DNA of 64,000 nt from Spirochaetia bacterium (GCA_965203905.1 CBDBDQ010000005.1:1376001-1440000), one strand, 5' to 3'; positions 9,297 through 19,593 are shown, counted from the first letter of the stretch. The notes: a model not told the origin generated them from the sequence alone. Numbers and translations are program-made.

Positions 9297-10349
9297 ATGG
9301 CATTCGAAGCACGAGTCTACGCGCTGCGCATCGAGCAGCATCCCAACGCCGACCGCCTGGAACTGGCGGCGATCGGCGGATTCCGCTGCGTCGTCGGCAA
9401 GGGCAGCTTCGCCGACGGCGACCTGGCCGCCTACGTCCCGGAAGGCGCGGTCTGTCCTGACTGGCTGATCGCCGAGCTGGGCCTGGAAGGCAAGCTGGCC
9501 GGCAGCAGGAAGAACCGCGTCAAGGCGGTGCAACTGCGCGGCGCGCTGTCGCAGGGACTGGTCTACCCGGTCCGTGACGGGATGATCCGCGGGCAGCAGG
9601 TGGCGGAGGGGGACGACGTCACCGAGCTGCTGGAGCTGGTCAAGTACGAGCCGCCGATCCCGATCTCGATGCAGGGCGAGGTGCGTGCAGCCCATGGCGC
9701 CACGCTCAAGTACGACATCGAGGACTTGAAGAAGTATCCCGAGGAGTTCCGCGACGGCGAGCCGGTGGTCATCACCGAGAAGCTGCACGGCACCTGGTGC
9801 TGCCTGGGATGGCACGCCGAGCACGGCCCGATCGTCACCTCCAAGGGGATGTCGGACAAGGGCCTGGTGCTGCTGCTGGACGATGCGAACCAAGGCAACC
9901 TGTACGTGCGCACCTGGAGGGCGCATCAGCAGGCGTTCGAGTCGGCGCGCTCCCGTCTCGCCGGCGATGGTGCGCCGTGCTACATCCTGGGCGAGGTGTA
10001 CGGCCGCGGCGTCCAGGACCTGCACTACGGCAAGTCGAATCCCGACTTCGCGGTGTTCGACGCCTACGTGGGCGAGCCGGGAACGGGCCGTTTCCTGAAC
10101 CCGGACGAGCTGGCGGAGTCCCTGAACGATCTGTTTCCGCTGGTGCCCGTGCTGTATCGGGGGCCGTTCAGCCTGGCGCAGCTCCAGGAACTGACCGACG
10201 GCGCTACCGCGCTGGGAGGCGGGCACGTACGCGAGGGCGTGGTCGTGAGACCGGCCGCCGAGCGCGTTTCGCACGAATTCGGCCGGGTGATCCTGAAGAG
10301 CGTCTCGGGAAAGTACCTGACGCGCAAGGGCGGAACCGAATTCAACTGA
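9297..10349 (+). CDS. ATP-dependent RNA ligase, DRB0094/Rnl5 family
   Basis: N-terminal OB module (HPNADRLE, LRGALSQGL); nucleotidyltransferase motifs TEKLHGT, GEVYG, FAVFD, REGVV and ILKSVS. Confidence 0.9.
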   Translation: MAFEARVYALRIEQHPNADRLELAAIGGFRCVVGKGSFADGDLAAYVPEGAVCPDWLIAELGLEGKLAGSRKNRVKAVQLRGALSQGLVYPVRDGMIRGQQVAEGDDVTELLELVKYEPPIPISMQGEVRAAHGATLKYDIEDLKKYPEEFRDGEPVVITEKLHGTWCCLGWHAEHGPIVTSKGMSDKGLVLLLDDANQGNLYVRTWRAHQQAFESARSRLAGDGAPCYILGEVYGRGVQDLHYGKSNPDFAVFDAYVGEPGTGRFLNPDELAESLNDLFPLVPVLYRGPFSLAQLQELTDGATALGGGHVREGVVVRPAAERVSHEFGRVILKSVSGKYLTRKGGTEFN

Positions 10350-10429
10350 CCTGCGCCGGCCACAGCCGGCGGCGATCGATCTCGTTGAGCCGCCTTGCCG
10401 GTGCCGCGGTGGCCCGGTAGGCTCGGCGC

Positions 10430-12463
10430 ATGTCCGAGTTCTCCTTCCCGCTGCGCACCATCCACCTCGACTTCCACACCGGACCCGACGTACCCGACGT
10501 GGGGTGCGACTTCGACCCCGACCGCTTCGCCCGCACCTTCAAGGAGGCCCACGTCGACAGCGTCACCGTGTTCGCCACCTGCCACCACGGACACGCCTAC
10601 TACCAGACCGACCACCCCTGCCGGCACCCCAACCTAGCCCCCGGCCTGGACCTGACCGGCTCCCAGATCGAGGCCCTGCACCGCGCCGGCCTGCGCGCGC
10701 CGATCTACATCACCGGCCAGGTGAACGAGTACGCCGCCGTCACCCATCCCGAGTGGGTGGCGATCGATCCGGACGGGCGCCGCGTCAAGCACCTGGGGCG
10801 CGACGTGCCGCCCGGGGAGTCGGCGCTGCACGCGGGCTGGCAGGTGCTGGACATGTCGAGCCCCTACCAGGAGTACTTGGCGCAGCAGATCGAGGAGATC
10901 CTGGACCGCTACCGGCCGGTGGACGGCATCTTCCTGGATATGTGCTGGGACCAGCCCAGCGTGTCGCGGTGGGCGGTGGAGGGGATGACGCGGCGCAACC
11001 TCGACCCGCGCCGGGCGCAGCACCGGGAGCGCTACGCGCGGCAGGTGGCGCTGGACTACATGCGCCGCTTCAGCGCCATGGTGGAGGCCGCGGGCACGGG
11101 CGCCGACCATCTCGGGATCTGGTTCAACTCGCGCCCCAAGACCAACCTGCACGTGGAGAAGCAGTTCCTGCGCCGGGTGGAGATCGAGGCCCTGCCCACC
11201 GGCGGCTGGGGCTACGCCTACTTCCCCTACGTGGCACGCTTCGTGCGCCCGCTGGGCCTGCCGACGCTCACCCACACCGGGCGCTTCTTCAAGAGCTGGG
11301 GCGACAACGCCGGTCTCAAGCCGCCGCCGGCGCTCAAGTACGAGTGCTGCCAGGTGCTGAGCCAGGGGATGACCGGGGGCATCGGCGACCTGCTGCACCC
11401 GCGCGGCGTGCCGCAGGCGGCGGTGTACGAGCTGATCGGCAACGCCTACGCCCACATCGAGGCGTGCGAGCCGTTCGTCGCCGGCGGCACCCTCCAGAGC
11501 CAGATCGCGCTGATCGTGGACCCGGAGCTGGGTGACGACCCCGGCGCCGCGGGACTGGGTGCCACCCGCGCGCTGCAGCAACTGCAGCAGCAGTTCGACA
11601 TCGTGGCCCCCGATGCGCCGCTGGACGCCTATGAGCTGGTGCTGGTGCCGGAGACCACCGCCGTGGACGAGGCGTTGCGCGAGGCGTTGCGCGGCTACCT
11701 GGCGCGGGGCGGGGCGCTGATCCTGTCAGGCGCGGCGGGATTCGCCGAGGGGCAGCCGCTGCTGCCGGAGCAGGGTATCGAGAGCTGCGGGCCGAGTCCC
11801 TTTTCCCACACCTTCCTGCGCCTGGCGCAGGCGGTCGCGGGCGGCATCGCGGAGTACGATCACGTCACCTACGAGAGCGGGCCGCGCATCAAGCCGGCGG
11901 CCGGCGCGGAATCGCTGGCGGGAGTGGTGGAGCCCTACTTCGAGCGCCATTTCGCGCGCTTCTCGGGGCACTCCTATACCGCCCCGGCGCAGCTCTCCCC
12001 CTGGTCGGCGGTGGTGCGCAACGGCCGGGTGATCACCTTCGCCTTTCCGATCCTCGGCACTTACGGGCGCCACGCGGTGCCGGTGCACCGTCGCCTGCTG
12101 GGCAACTGCATCAACCTGCTGCTGCCGGAGCCGCTGCTGCGCGCCGCGGACGCCCCATCGCTGCTGGAGACAACCGTGGTGCGCGCCGGGCCGCAGACCG
12201 TGGTGCACCTGCTGTGCTTCGCCCGCGAGCGGCGCACCGAGTCGTTCGACCACCGCCTCGGACGCACCACCGGGCTGGACATCGTGGAGGATGCCATCCC
12301 GCTGCTGGAGCAGCGGATCGCGGTCAAGCTGCCGGCGGCGCCGCGCCGCGCCGCGCTGCAGCCGCACGGGGTGGCGCTGCCGGTCGAGTACCGCGACGGC
12401 TACGCCGAGGTGCAGGTGACCCTGCCCGACGGACACGGCATGCTCGTGTTCGACGCGCAGTAA
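10430..12463 (+). CDS. Glycoside hydrolase, GH151/GHL6-like (putative alpha-L-fucosidase) with beta-galactosidase trimerisation-like domain
   Basis: IHLDFHT, VDSVTVFATCHHG, DGIFLD, EIEALPTGGWGY and TGRFFKSWGD. Confidence 0.8.
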   Translation: MSEFSFPLRTIHLDFHTGPDVPDVGCDFDPDRFARTFKEAHVDSVTVFATCHHGHAYYQTDHPCRHPNLAPGLDLTGSQIEALHRAGLRAPIYITGQVNEYAAVTHPEWVAIDPDGRRVKHLGRDVPPGESALHAGWQVLDMSSPYQEYLAQQIEEILDRYRPVDGIFLDMCWDQPSVSRWAVEGMTRRNLDPRRAQHRERYARQVALDYMRRFSAMVEAAGTGADHLGIWFNSRPKTNLHVEKQFLRRVEIEALPTGGWGYAYFPYVARFVRPLGLPTLTHTGRFFKSWGDNAGLKPPPALKYECCQVLSQGMTGGIGDLLHPRGVPQAAVYELIGNAYAHIEACEPFVAGGTLQSQIALIVDPELGDDPGAAGLGATRALQQLQQQFDIVAPDAPLDAYELVLVPETTAVDEALREALRGYLARGGALILSGAAGFAEGQPLLPEQGIESCGPSPFSHTFLRLAQAVAGGIAEYDHVTYESGPRIKPAAGAESLAGVVEPYFERHFARFSGHSYTAPAQLSPWSAVVRNGRVITFAFPILGTYGRHAVPVHRRLLGNCINLLLPEPLLRAADAPSLLETTVVRAGPQTVVHLLCFARERRTESFDHRLGRTTGLDIVEDAIPLLEQRIAVKLPAAPRRAALQPHGVALPVEYRDGYAEVQVTLPDGHGMLVFDAQ

Positions 12464-12473
12464 CCCGGGCGCC

Positions 12474-12953
12474 ATGACTCGTACCCGACGCATGGCGGCA
12501 GTGCTGGCGGCACTGCTGGGAATACTCTCCGCCGCTCCGGCGGCGCTGGCCGACGCCCCGCAGAGCGTGCTCGACGCCATCGGCAAGCGGAGCGCCAGCG
12601 ATGAGCTCAACTACCAGGTCTACCTGGACACGGACTGTTTCCTGGACCGACAAAAGGTGGCTGAAGCGATCGAGGACATCGTGGCCCGGAGCCTGATCAC
12701 ACCATTGAAGCGGCTGGCGCCGGCCGGGGAGGTCACCCTGATCGTGACCGTGGACTGCACCCTGCCCGCCACCAGCAGCAGCCTGGGAGCGTTCAGTCTC
12801 GAAGTGGCCTACCTGGCCCTGGTCGACGGGGCGATGTGGAAGCTGGACTGGGAGTACGGATCGCTGGGGATCGGCCGCCGCGAGTTCATCCTCGGCGAAA
12901 TCGAGGAACAGGTCGAAGACGCCCTGTTGGACTTCATCAGGGCGCACAGTTGA
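12474..12953 (+). CDS. Secreted hypothetical protein
   Basis: Signal peptide ending ALA-DA; co-oriented with neighbours with short gaps. Confidence 0.65.
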   Translation: MTRTRRMAAVLAALLGILSAAPAALADAPQSVLDAIGKRSASDELNYQVYLDTDCFLDRQKVAEAIEDIVARSLITPLKRLAPAGEVTLIVTVDCTLPATSSSLGAFSLEVAYLALVDGAMWKLDWEYGSLGIGRREFILGEIEEQVEDALLDFIRAHS

Positions 12954-12957
12954 CGGG

Positions 12958-14022
12958 GTGGAGACGACGGTCGACGGGGCCATCTACCAGCTGAACCTGC
13001 CACCGCGGACGTTCATCCGCGTCGGCCATGCCGAGCTGCGGCGCTTCGCGGCGGCGCTGGCGCGCGGCGCCGGGCTGGTCGCGGAGCGGGCGGAGCTGCT
13101 GGCCGAGCTGCTGGTGGCGAACGACCTGCGCGGCGTGTTCAGCCACGGCACGCGCCAGCTCGCCAACTACGTGCCGGCGTTGCGGGCCGGCGCGCTCAAC
13201 CCCGATCCGCGGGTCACGGTGCTGCGCGAAGCGCCGGCCAGCCTGGTGCTGGACGGCGACGGCGGACTGGGCTACTTCCCGGCCCACGAGGGCACGCTGC
13301 GCGCCATCGGCAAGGCGCGCGAGCTGGGCGTGTGCGTGCTGCAGACCCGCAACCACGGTCACATCGGCGCCGCCGGCATCTACGCGCGCCTGCCGCTGGA
13401 GCACGACATGGTGGCCCTCGTCACCTCCGCCGCCGCGCTCGACCTGCGCCCGGGCCAGCCGGTCTACACGCCGGCGATCGGCTCCCCACTCGCGTTCAGC
13501 GCGCCCGCGGGCGCGGCGGCGCCGCTGGTGGTGGACTTCGCGCCGGTCTACGACCTGCGCATCTCGCCGCGCTGGGCGGAGCTGGCGGAGTGGATCCCGG
13601 GCACCATCTTCCGCTGCATCGGCCTCGGCACCGTCGCCCAGGTGTGGGGCGGACTGCTGGCCGGCCTGCCGGCCGCCGGCGGCCAGAAGCGCCCGCGCCG
13701 CTACCGGGACGCGGGGCAGAGCGCCCTGGTCGTCCTGTTCCGCATCGACCTGTTCCTGGAGCCGGCCGAGTTTCGCGCCCAGATGGACCTGCTGGCGCGG
13801 CAGCTCAAGGAGCTGGCGCCGCTGGAGGGCTTCGACCGCGCCAGCTACGCCGGCGACATCGAGCGGCAGCGGGAACGGGAGTTCCGCCGGCTCGGGATCC
13901 CGCTGGGTCCGGAGCACCGGCGCGAGCTGGAGGGCGTCGCCCGGGAACTGGGAATCGCCGTGCCCTGGAGCGGCGCCGGGCCGCGGGAGGCGAGTCGCGC
14001 CGACCCAGGGACCGGCCGCTGA
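12958..14022 (+). CDS. Ldh_2 (malate/L-lactate/L-sulfolactate dehydrogenase-like) oxidoreductase
   Basis: DLRGVFSHG, LDGDGGLG, NHGHIGAAGIYA and PLVVDF motifs. Confidence 0.85.
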   Translation: METTVDGAIYQLNLPPRTFIRVGHAELRRFAAALARGAGLVAERAELLAELLVANDLRGVFSHGTRQLANYVPALRAGALNPDPRVTVLREAPASLVLDGDGGLGYFPAHEGTLRAIGKARELGVCVLQTRNHGHIGAAGIYARLPLEHDMVALVTSAAALDLRPGQPVYTPAIGSPLAFSAPAGAAAPLVVDFAPVYDLRISPRWAELAEWIPGTIFRCIGLGTVAQVWGGLLAGLPAAGGQKRPRRYRDAGQSALVVLFRIDLFLEPAEFRAQMDLLARQLKELAPLEGFDRASYAGDIERQREREFRRLGIPLGPEHRRELEGVARELGIAVPWSGAGPREASRADPGTGR

Positions 14023-14065
14023 ATCCGAAGCGGGTTACTGTTTTGCGCGAAAGTAAAGGGACTTC

Positions 14066-14611
14066 TTACTCCGTCGCCGCTGGCAGATCCGGCGAGTCGG
14101 CTTCCGCATGCGATGACTCGCGTCGGCGTTTGCTGCGCCTTCCCGCAATGAATACCGACACCACCGCAGCCAGAGGCCCCAACGAGGCACCGAGCCCTAT
14201 GATAGGATAGCCTTTGGTGATCAGGTACGTGCTACAGGCCAATACGGCAAGGACGATTGTAAGTCCAATCCACCTGCCCTGAGTCTCGCCACTGATCCGA
14301 GCCTTGGAAGAATCGCTCTCGATCTTGTGCCGATGGGCTTGCTGATCTTCGGCCATTCGGAGCAGGCGCTCCGCAAAGTCGGGCTGTATCTCGTTGTACT
14401 GCTTGATGATCGCCGGATGGGGTAGTGGTCCGCTATAGGTCTCCGAGACCTGGACTACCCGCTGTGAAGTACCCTTCCGAGCGTCACCTGTTGGTGGCTG
14501 GTCAGTGGCGATGCCGCTCTGGGGAGCGGCGTCCGCCTGGGACTCTGGGTCGTTTTCGAGTTGAAGTTCCTTTTGGACCTTCTTCCGGTTCCGAGTTCGC
14601 GGTGTGCTCAC
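14066..14611 (-). CDS. DUF2335 membrane protein
   Basis: YSGPLPHP..IKQYNEIQPDFAERLLRMAE.QQAHRH plus two TMs; GTG overlaps the upstream stop (GTGA). Confidence 0.8.
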   Translation of the reverse strand: MSTPRTRNRKKVQKELQLENDPESQADAAPQSGIATDQPPTGDARKGTSQRVVQVSETYSGPLPHPAIIKQYNEIQPDFAERLLRMAEDQQAHRHKIESDSSKARISGETQGRWIGLTIVLAVLACSTYLITKGYPIIGLGASLGPLAAVVSVFIAGRRSKRRRESSHAEADSPDLPAATE

Positions 14612-14907
14612 TCGAAGGATAGAAGCAGCTGCCCGTCCGGTGCCGAGTAGAGGTCTTTGGGAAGCTCTGGCAGAGAAGGGTCCTCTGCTACCGCTTCGTT
14701 CAGAGCATCGACAACGAAACCACCGACAGCGACCCACGGACTCTCGCTTGTCCTTGGCTCTTCCAACCGAGAGGGACTGAATAAGCTCCAGCACGGAGGG
14801 TCGTCAGGCCACCCTTGGCCTATGAGCGGGGCCACTACCGAAGAAGCGCCAGACAAGAAACAGTCGAGCTTGGACGTACCCGGACTACGGAACGTCTCTG
14901 TCGTCAT
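14608..14907 (-). CDS. Hypothetical protein translationally coupled to the DUF2335 gene
   Basis: 99-aa ORF with a 4-bp stop/start overlap with the downstream gene. Confidence 0.5.
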   Translation of the reverse strand: MTTETFRSPGTSKLDCFLSGASSVVAPLIGQGWPDDPPCWSLFSPSRLEEPRTSESPWVAVGGFVVDALNEAVAEDPSLPELPKDLYSAPDGQLLLSFE

Positions 14908-15067
14908 AACTCGTAAATACCATCGCTAGGTGCCGCTGTCAACAGCTTCGTCATTAGGGCCATCATTGCAGCCGGCCGGGCTTCGCGCTGATACTGAGCG
15001 CGCCGCCAGTGCCACGGATCGCGTGAATGAATACAGAGACCCAGTTATCTCACTCCGGCTGCGCATG

Positions 15068-16864
15068 TTATTCGCGCTCCAACAGGTTACTGGACGCCGG
15101 CGCGTCCGCCGGTCGGACCGTGACGTAGTAGGAGCCGATGGTGCGCTCGACGCGGTCGTGGAACGCCGCCGAGAGCCGATCCGGGCCGGCCTGGAGTGAC
15201 ACCTCGAACACCGCGGCGGTTTCGCCGGACGGGGTCTCCAGGTGGTGGCTGCTGCCGCCCACCGTCAGTGCGGCCCAGCCGATCGGCAGCGCCACGCCGC
15301 CCGAGTAGTGCGCCGCGTGCTGCTCCTGGATGGCGTCGCGGCGCCACTCCACGTCGTCGCCGTCGATGCCGGCGTCCAGGGCGTAGCCGGCGTCCTCCGG
15401 CCAGCGCCGCAACTCGATGCGGTAGCGGCCGGCGCGGCGCACGTCGATCGCCCAGTAACCGCCGGCGACGTGGCCCTGCCGCACCTGGGCCTGGTTCCAG
15501 GCGCCGTTGCACGCCTCGTTGCGCAGGTCGTGGGTGGTGAGCCGCACGGGTTCGGCGTCGCCGCCGATCACGATCGGGATGTCGCGGTCGAACTGCGCGG
15601 AGACCAGCTCCCACCACTTCTCGTAGCCGGCGCGCAGCTCGGCCACCACCTCCGGATGGTCGGCTGCAATGTCGTTGCGCTGTCCCGGGTCGTCGCCGAG
15701 ATGGTACAGCTCGCGCCCGTGCAGCAGCCGCCAGGGGCCGCGCATCACCGAGCTCAGGCGCCACTTCGCGGGGTTGGCGATGCGCTGGGTGTCGGCCACC
15801 ATGACGCGCTGCGCCCAGGTGCCGTCGTCCTCGCCGCGTACCAGCGGAGTCAGGCTGCGGCCGTGGAACGAGCGTTGCGGCGGCGGCGTGACGCCGCACA
15901 GGTCCAGGATCGTCGGCATGAAGTCCACGTAGCTGGTGAGCTGCTCGACGTCGCGGCCGCCACGGGCGTCGCCGCCCGGGTAGCGCAGGAGAAAGGGGAC
16001 CCGGTGCCCGCCCTCGTAAGGTGAGCCCTTCTTGCCGCGCATGCCGGCGTTGAAGCTGCCCGGCCCTTCCTGCGGGAAGCCGTCCTCGTCCAGCTCCACC
16101 CCCGTGGCGGTGCCGTTGTCGGTCATGAACACCACGATGGTGTCGTCGGCCAGGCCCAGCTCGTCGAGCCGGCGCAGCAGCAGACCGAAGTTCTCGTCGA
16201 TGTTGGTGATCATGCCGTAGAAGCGGGCGCGGTCCTCGTGCGGGGTGGTGTCGGCATAGGCCGCGGCGTAGTGCGGCTCGACGTTGAGCGGGCCGTGCGG
16301 AGCGTTGGTGGAGATGTGGCAGTAGAACGGCTGGTCGCGGTGCTCCTCGATGAAGCGCAGGCCCTCGCGGAAGAACACGTCGGTGCAGTATCCCTCGAAC
16401 TTGCGCGGTTCGCCGTTCACGTAGTAGGTGTCGTCAAAATAATCGTTGCCCCAGGGGTCGCCGATGTTGCCGATGCCGCCGCCGTTGTGGTAGACGGCGC
16501 GCTCGAAGCCGCGCTCGTGGGGGCGGAACGGCTGGCTGTCGCCCAGGTGCCACTTGCCGAACTGGCCGGTGCGGTAGCCCGCCTCGCGCAGGGCGTCGGC
16601 CAGGGTCCACTCGTCCTCGCGCAGCAGCGACCGGCCGCCGATCGTGTGCCACACCCCGGCGCTGTTGCAGAAGTGGCCGGTCAGCAGGCCGGCGCGGGTC
16701 GGGGCGCAGGTGGTGCCGACGTGAAAGTCGGTGAACCGCACCGCCTCGCCGTGGAACCGGTCCAGGCTGGGGGTGTTGATGACGCCGTTGCCGTGACAGC
16801 CCAGGTCGCCGTAGCCCTGGTCGTCGGTAAGAACAAATACGAAGTTCGGTCGCGCTCTTGCCAT
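15068..16864 (-). CDS. Arylsulfatase (Cys-type formylglycine sulfatase)
   Basis: PNFVFVLTDDQGYGD, CAPTRAGLLTG, GKWHLG and DNG...RGKKGSPYEGGHRVP. Confidence 0.93.
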   Translation of the reverse strand: MARARPNFVFVLTDDQGYGDLGCHGNGVINTPSLDRFHGEAVRFTDFHVGTTCAPTRAGLLTGHFCNSAGVWHTIGGRSLLREDEWTLADALREAGYRTGQFGKWHLGDSQPFRPHERGFERAVYHNGGGIGNIGDPWGNDYFDDTYYVNGEPRKFEGYCTDVFFREGLRFIEEHRDQPFYCHISTNAPHGPLNVEPHYAAAYADTTPHEDRARFYGMITNIDENFGLLLRRLDELGLADDTIVVFMTDNGTATGVELDEDGFPQEGPGSFNAGMRGKKGSPYEGGHRVPFLLRYPGGDARGGRDVEQLTSYVDFMPTILDLCGVTPPPQRSFHGRSLTPLVRGEDDGTWAQRVMVADTQRIANPAKWRLSSVMRGPWRLLHGRELYHLGDDPGQRNDIAADHPEVVAELRAGYEKWWELVSAQFDRDIPIVIGGDAEPVRLTTHDLRNEACNGAWNQAQVRQGHVAGGYWAIDVRRAGRYRIELRRWPEDAGYALDAGIDGDDVEWRRDAIQEQHAAHYSGGVALPIGWAALTVGGSSHHLETPSGETAAVFEVSLQAGPDRLSAAFHDRVERTIGSYYVTVRPADAPASSNLLERE

Positions 16865-16979
16865 TTCGCGATCAAGCTTATCATTCTCCCGTGCCCGCGT
16901 CGCGCCGGCTGCCAAAAGAATCCCTCGTCAACGGTCGCCTCATCGGCGTCACTCCTACGTACTCCCCAAAAAAAAGGAA

Positions 16980-17003
16980 TCCTGCTAATTCTGGTAGGGA
17001 CTC
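16980..17003. promoter_or_regulatory. Degenerate copy of the array palindrome upstream of luxR (putative autoregulatory site)
   Basis: TCCTGCTAATTCTGGTAGGGACTC versus TCCTACCAATCCTGGTAGGGACTC in the array leaders. Confidence 0.6.
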
Positions 17004-17052
17004 AGATCGCAATCCACGGCAGTAAAGTAGCGCTGCAGCAGGCAGAGTCATC

Positions 17053-18201
17053 ATGAGCGACCGAGACGCATTCGAGCGCATCCTGGCGTCGCTGTACGAC
17101 GCCATGCTCGACGATACCCAGTGGCCGGTTACTTCCACCCTGATTGACGAAGCCTGCGGCCTGACGGGCAATTCACTCCTCGTTGGGGAAGGCCCGATGG
17201 ACGACATCCAAGCGCACTTCGTCGGGGTCTACTACCGTGGGCAGCGCCGTACCGATCTGGAGCGCGAGTACACCGAGGTCTACCACCCTATCGACGAAAT
17301 GGTACCGCGCCTTCGGAATCAGTCCGACGGACGACTGGTGCAGATCTCCGACCTGTACACGACGGAAGAGTTGAAGACCTCGCCCACCTACAATGAGATA
17401 TTGCTGCGAGGCAAGTACCAGAATGGCTTGGCCGTGCGCATAGTCGCCGCGGATGGCGTCTACAAGAGCTGGGGCCGCTGGTGCCTCGCCGATCCCGTGG
17501 GCTCGGAGGACCGGAGTTCTTCGCAGATCAAGATGATCGCGCGGCTAGTGCCGTACATCCGACAGTTTTTTCGCGTCCGGCAGGCGCTGGTCCGCGCGCA
17601 GGCTCGGGCAGTGACCGCGGCCACCCTGCTCGATAACCCCCGACTCGGCGTTGTACACCTGGACCGGCGTGGTCGGATCATGGCGGTGAATGACCGCGCT
17701 CGCGGCATCCTGCGACACGGCGACGCGTTGTCCGACCGGGATGGGGAGTTGCATGCCCGTACGCCGGAAGACCGGCGCCGTCTGGAGCGTCTGCTGGGCG
17801 CCGCTCTGCCGACTTCCGGTGCTGTCGCGCTCAGTGGGTCGATGCCGCTCCGCCGCTCGTCTGCGCTGCCGCCGTTGGTGGTGCACGTCAAACCCGTGGC
17901 GGTCCAGCAACCGCACTACGGAGCGCGGTTCATCGCGGCGCTGGTACTGATCGAAGAGCCGGGGCGCCGGCATCGTATCGACCCACGCTTGATAGCCGCG
18001 GCTCTGGGGCTGACGCCGAGGGAAAGTCAGGTAGCGGCTTGGCTGGCGGAAGGCAAGAGTGTCGACGAAATGGCCCAGGCCACGGGTCACACCAGGGGCG
18101 CCATCTATTGGCACCTGAAGCAGATCTACCAGAAACTGCACATCTCACGGCAGCCGGATCTGGTGCGGCTGGTGCTGTCGGTCGCCGAGTTGGGCTACTA
18201 A
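17053..18201 (+). CDS. LuxR-family HTH transcriptional regulator with N-terminal sensor and PAS-like domains
   Basis: C-terminal GLTPRESQVAAWLAEGKSVDEMA...HLKQIYQKLHISRQPDLV; central GVVHLDRRGRIMAVNDRA. Confidence 0.9.
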   Translation: MSDRDAFERILASLYDAMLDDTQWPVTSTLIDEACGLTGNSLLVGEGPMDDIQAHFVGVYYRGQRRTDLEREYTEVYHPIDEMVPRLRNQSDGRLVQISDLYTTEELKTSPTYNEILLRGKYQNGLAVRIVAADGVYKSWGRWCLADPVGSEDRSSSQIKMIARLVPYIRQFFRVRQALVRAQARAVTAATLLDNPRLGVVHLDRRGRIMAVNDRARGILRHGDALSDRDGELHARTPEDRRRLERLLGAALPTSGAVALSGSMPLRRSSALPPLVVHVKPVAVQQPHYGARFIAALVLIEEPGRRHRIDPRLIAAALGLTPRESQVAAWLAEGKSVDEMAQATGHTRGAIYWHLKQIYQKLHISRQPDLVRLVLSVAELGY

Positions 18202-18255
18202 CCGCAACGCCACCCACCTCCTCGGTGAGCAGTCCAATTGCTTGGCTGCGTCCTC

Positions 18256-18280
18256 AGTCCTACCAATCCTGGTAGGGACT
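18256..18280. promoter_or_regulatory. Palindromic operator-like site, cassette 1
   Basis: AGTCCTACCA-ATCC-TGGTAGGGACT inverted repeat. Confidence 0.7.
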
Positions 18281-18495
18281 CTCGGGTAATCGTGTCAGAA
18301 GATCGTTCTCGTCAGTCACCCGACTCCGACCTGCGTGCAAGGCAAGCGCGGCCGCGCCAGACCTCGGCAAGCGCTTCCAACCGCTCCGGAGGGCGTGGTG
18401 CAAGTGTCTGGCAAGACGGTTGGGGACGCAGGTTAGTGGATGCGATGGTATTCGCTTATGGCACAGCCTTCGAAAGTGCAGGAGAGGAGAATCAA

Positions 18496-19593
18496 ATGAA
18501 GTCTCGTCGAATCAGTAGACTGCTGGCGGTTTCCGCTGCCGTCGCCGCAGCGGTGGTGCTCTTGGCAGGTTGCCCAAGGGCGGTCAAGACACCGATCAGT
18601 TTCGCCGCGGGCGACCTTACGCTGACGCTACCGGCAATGGTGATAGGCACGGCCATCTCCGCAATAGTGTTGCCGGAGGCGTCCGGGGGAGAAGGTGCTC
18701 TCACCCACACTCTAGCTCCCGAGGTCCCGGGCCTTACGTTCGACCCCGAGACCCGGCAGTTGAACGGAATACCGACTACGGCCGGAAGCTATCCGCTGCG
18801 TTACACGGCAACGGATGAAGACGGCGCCACGGCCACCCTGAGCTTTGTGGTTACGGTAAGACCGACACTCTGGGGCTCTTGGCGTAACACCAGCAGATGG
18901 GACCATGACGGAGAAATCGTGGGAACGATCGTGGAGACTCTGACGTTCACTACCAGCAGGTTCATCATGTACAGGTCATACTATCGGACCGATGGTTCGT
19001 TGGACGGCAGGGATTGGGAGAGTGGTACCTGGGCAGCATCTGACGACACCGTGACAAAGACTTGGTATGTCAATGACGACGACGACCGCGACACTCCGGA
19101 CGTCCTCAGGAGTCTGGACAAGGACTATGTGTGGGCGGATGAGGCGCGCGACGTGTTATTTTTGCACGTATGGCGCCGTTGGAGTGACAGTCAGAATTTC
19201 GATCGTTACGAGCGCGTTCAAAATGTATCGCCGTCGTCGGTCGTCGGCGTATGGCAGAACTCCGATCTGTACGACGATTGGGACTTTACGCTTACGGTAA
19301 ACGCCGATGGCACGTTGCTGCTTGAGCATTCGTGGCCCGAAGGAATTGACACGGTGACTGCAGAGTGGCAACTCGATGAGGATGAATACTATCTCAATCT
19401 GTCCGACGCTAGCGCCACCTGGACCCCAACCGATGGAGTACCGCAACCTCATGGAACCATTGCGCCTCGGTTTGCCTTCGCTCCCACCGATCAGTGGCCG
19501 GACGAGATGATCGTGTCCTTCTGGCAGGAGAACCCGGCCGTCGGAAGTTATAGCAGGTTCGGGGTCTATTGGATGCTATTCCAACGGCAATAG
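18496..19593 (+). CDS. Array lipoprotein 1 (lipobox, He_PIG-like Ig domain, two GxW modules), 365 aa
   Basis: AGGAG RBS; MKSRRISRLL...LLAGC; PGLTFDPETRQLNGIPTTAGSYPLRYTATD. Confidence 0.88.
   Translation: MKSRRISRLLAVSAAVAAAVVLLAGCPRAVKTPISFAAGDLTLTLPAMVIGTAISAIVLPEASGGEGALTHTLAPEVPGLTFDPETRQLNGIPTTAGSYPLRYTATDEDGATATLSFVVTVRPTLWGSWRNTSRWDHDGEIVGTIVETLTFTTSRFIMYRSYYRTDGSLDGRDWESGTWAASDDTVTKTWYVNDDDDRDTPDVLRSLDKDYVWADEARDVLFLHVWRRWSDSQNFDRYERVQNVSPSSVVGVWQNSDLYDDWDFTLTVNADGTLLLEHSWPEGIDTVTAEWQLDEDEYYLNLSDASATWTPTDGVPQPHGTIAPRFAFAPTDQWPDEMIVSFWQENPAVGSYSRFGVYWMLFQRQ

Noticed and set aside
16968-16975. A8 tract upstream of luxR as a phase-variation switch
   Set aside because: Short tract and the promoter position is unknown; unsupported without reads.
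18238-18495. N-terminal ORF extensions of the array genes (MLGCVLSPTNPGRDS...)
   Set aside because: Frame not conserved across copies; RBS and lipoprotein signal place the starts downstream.
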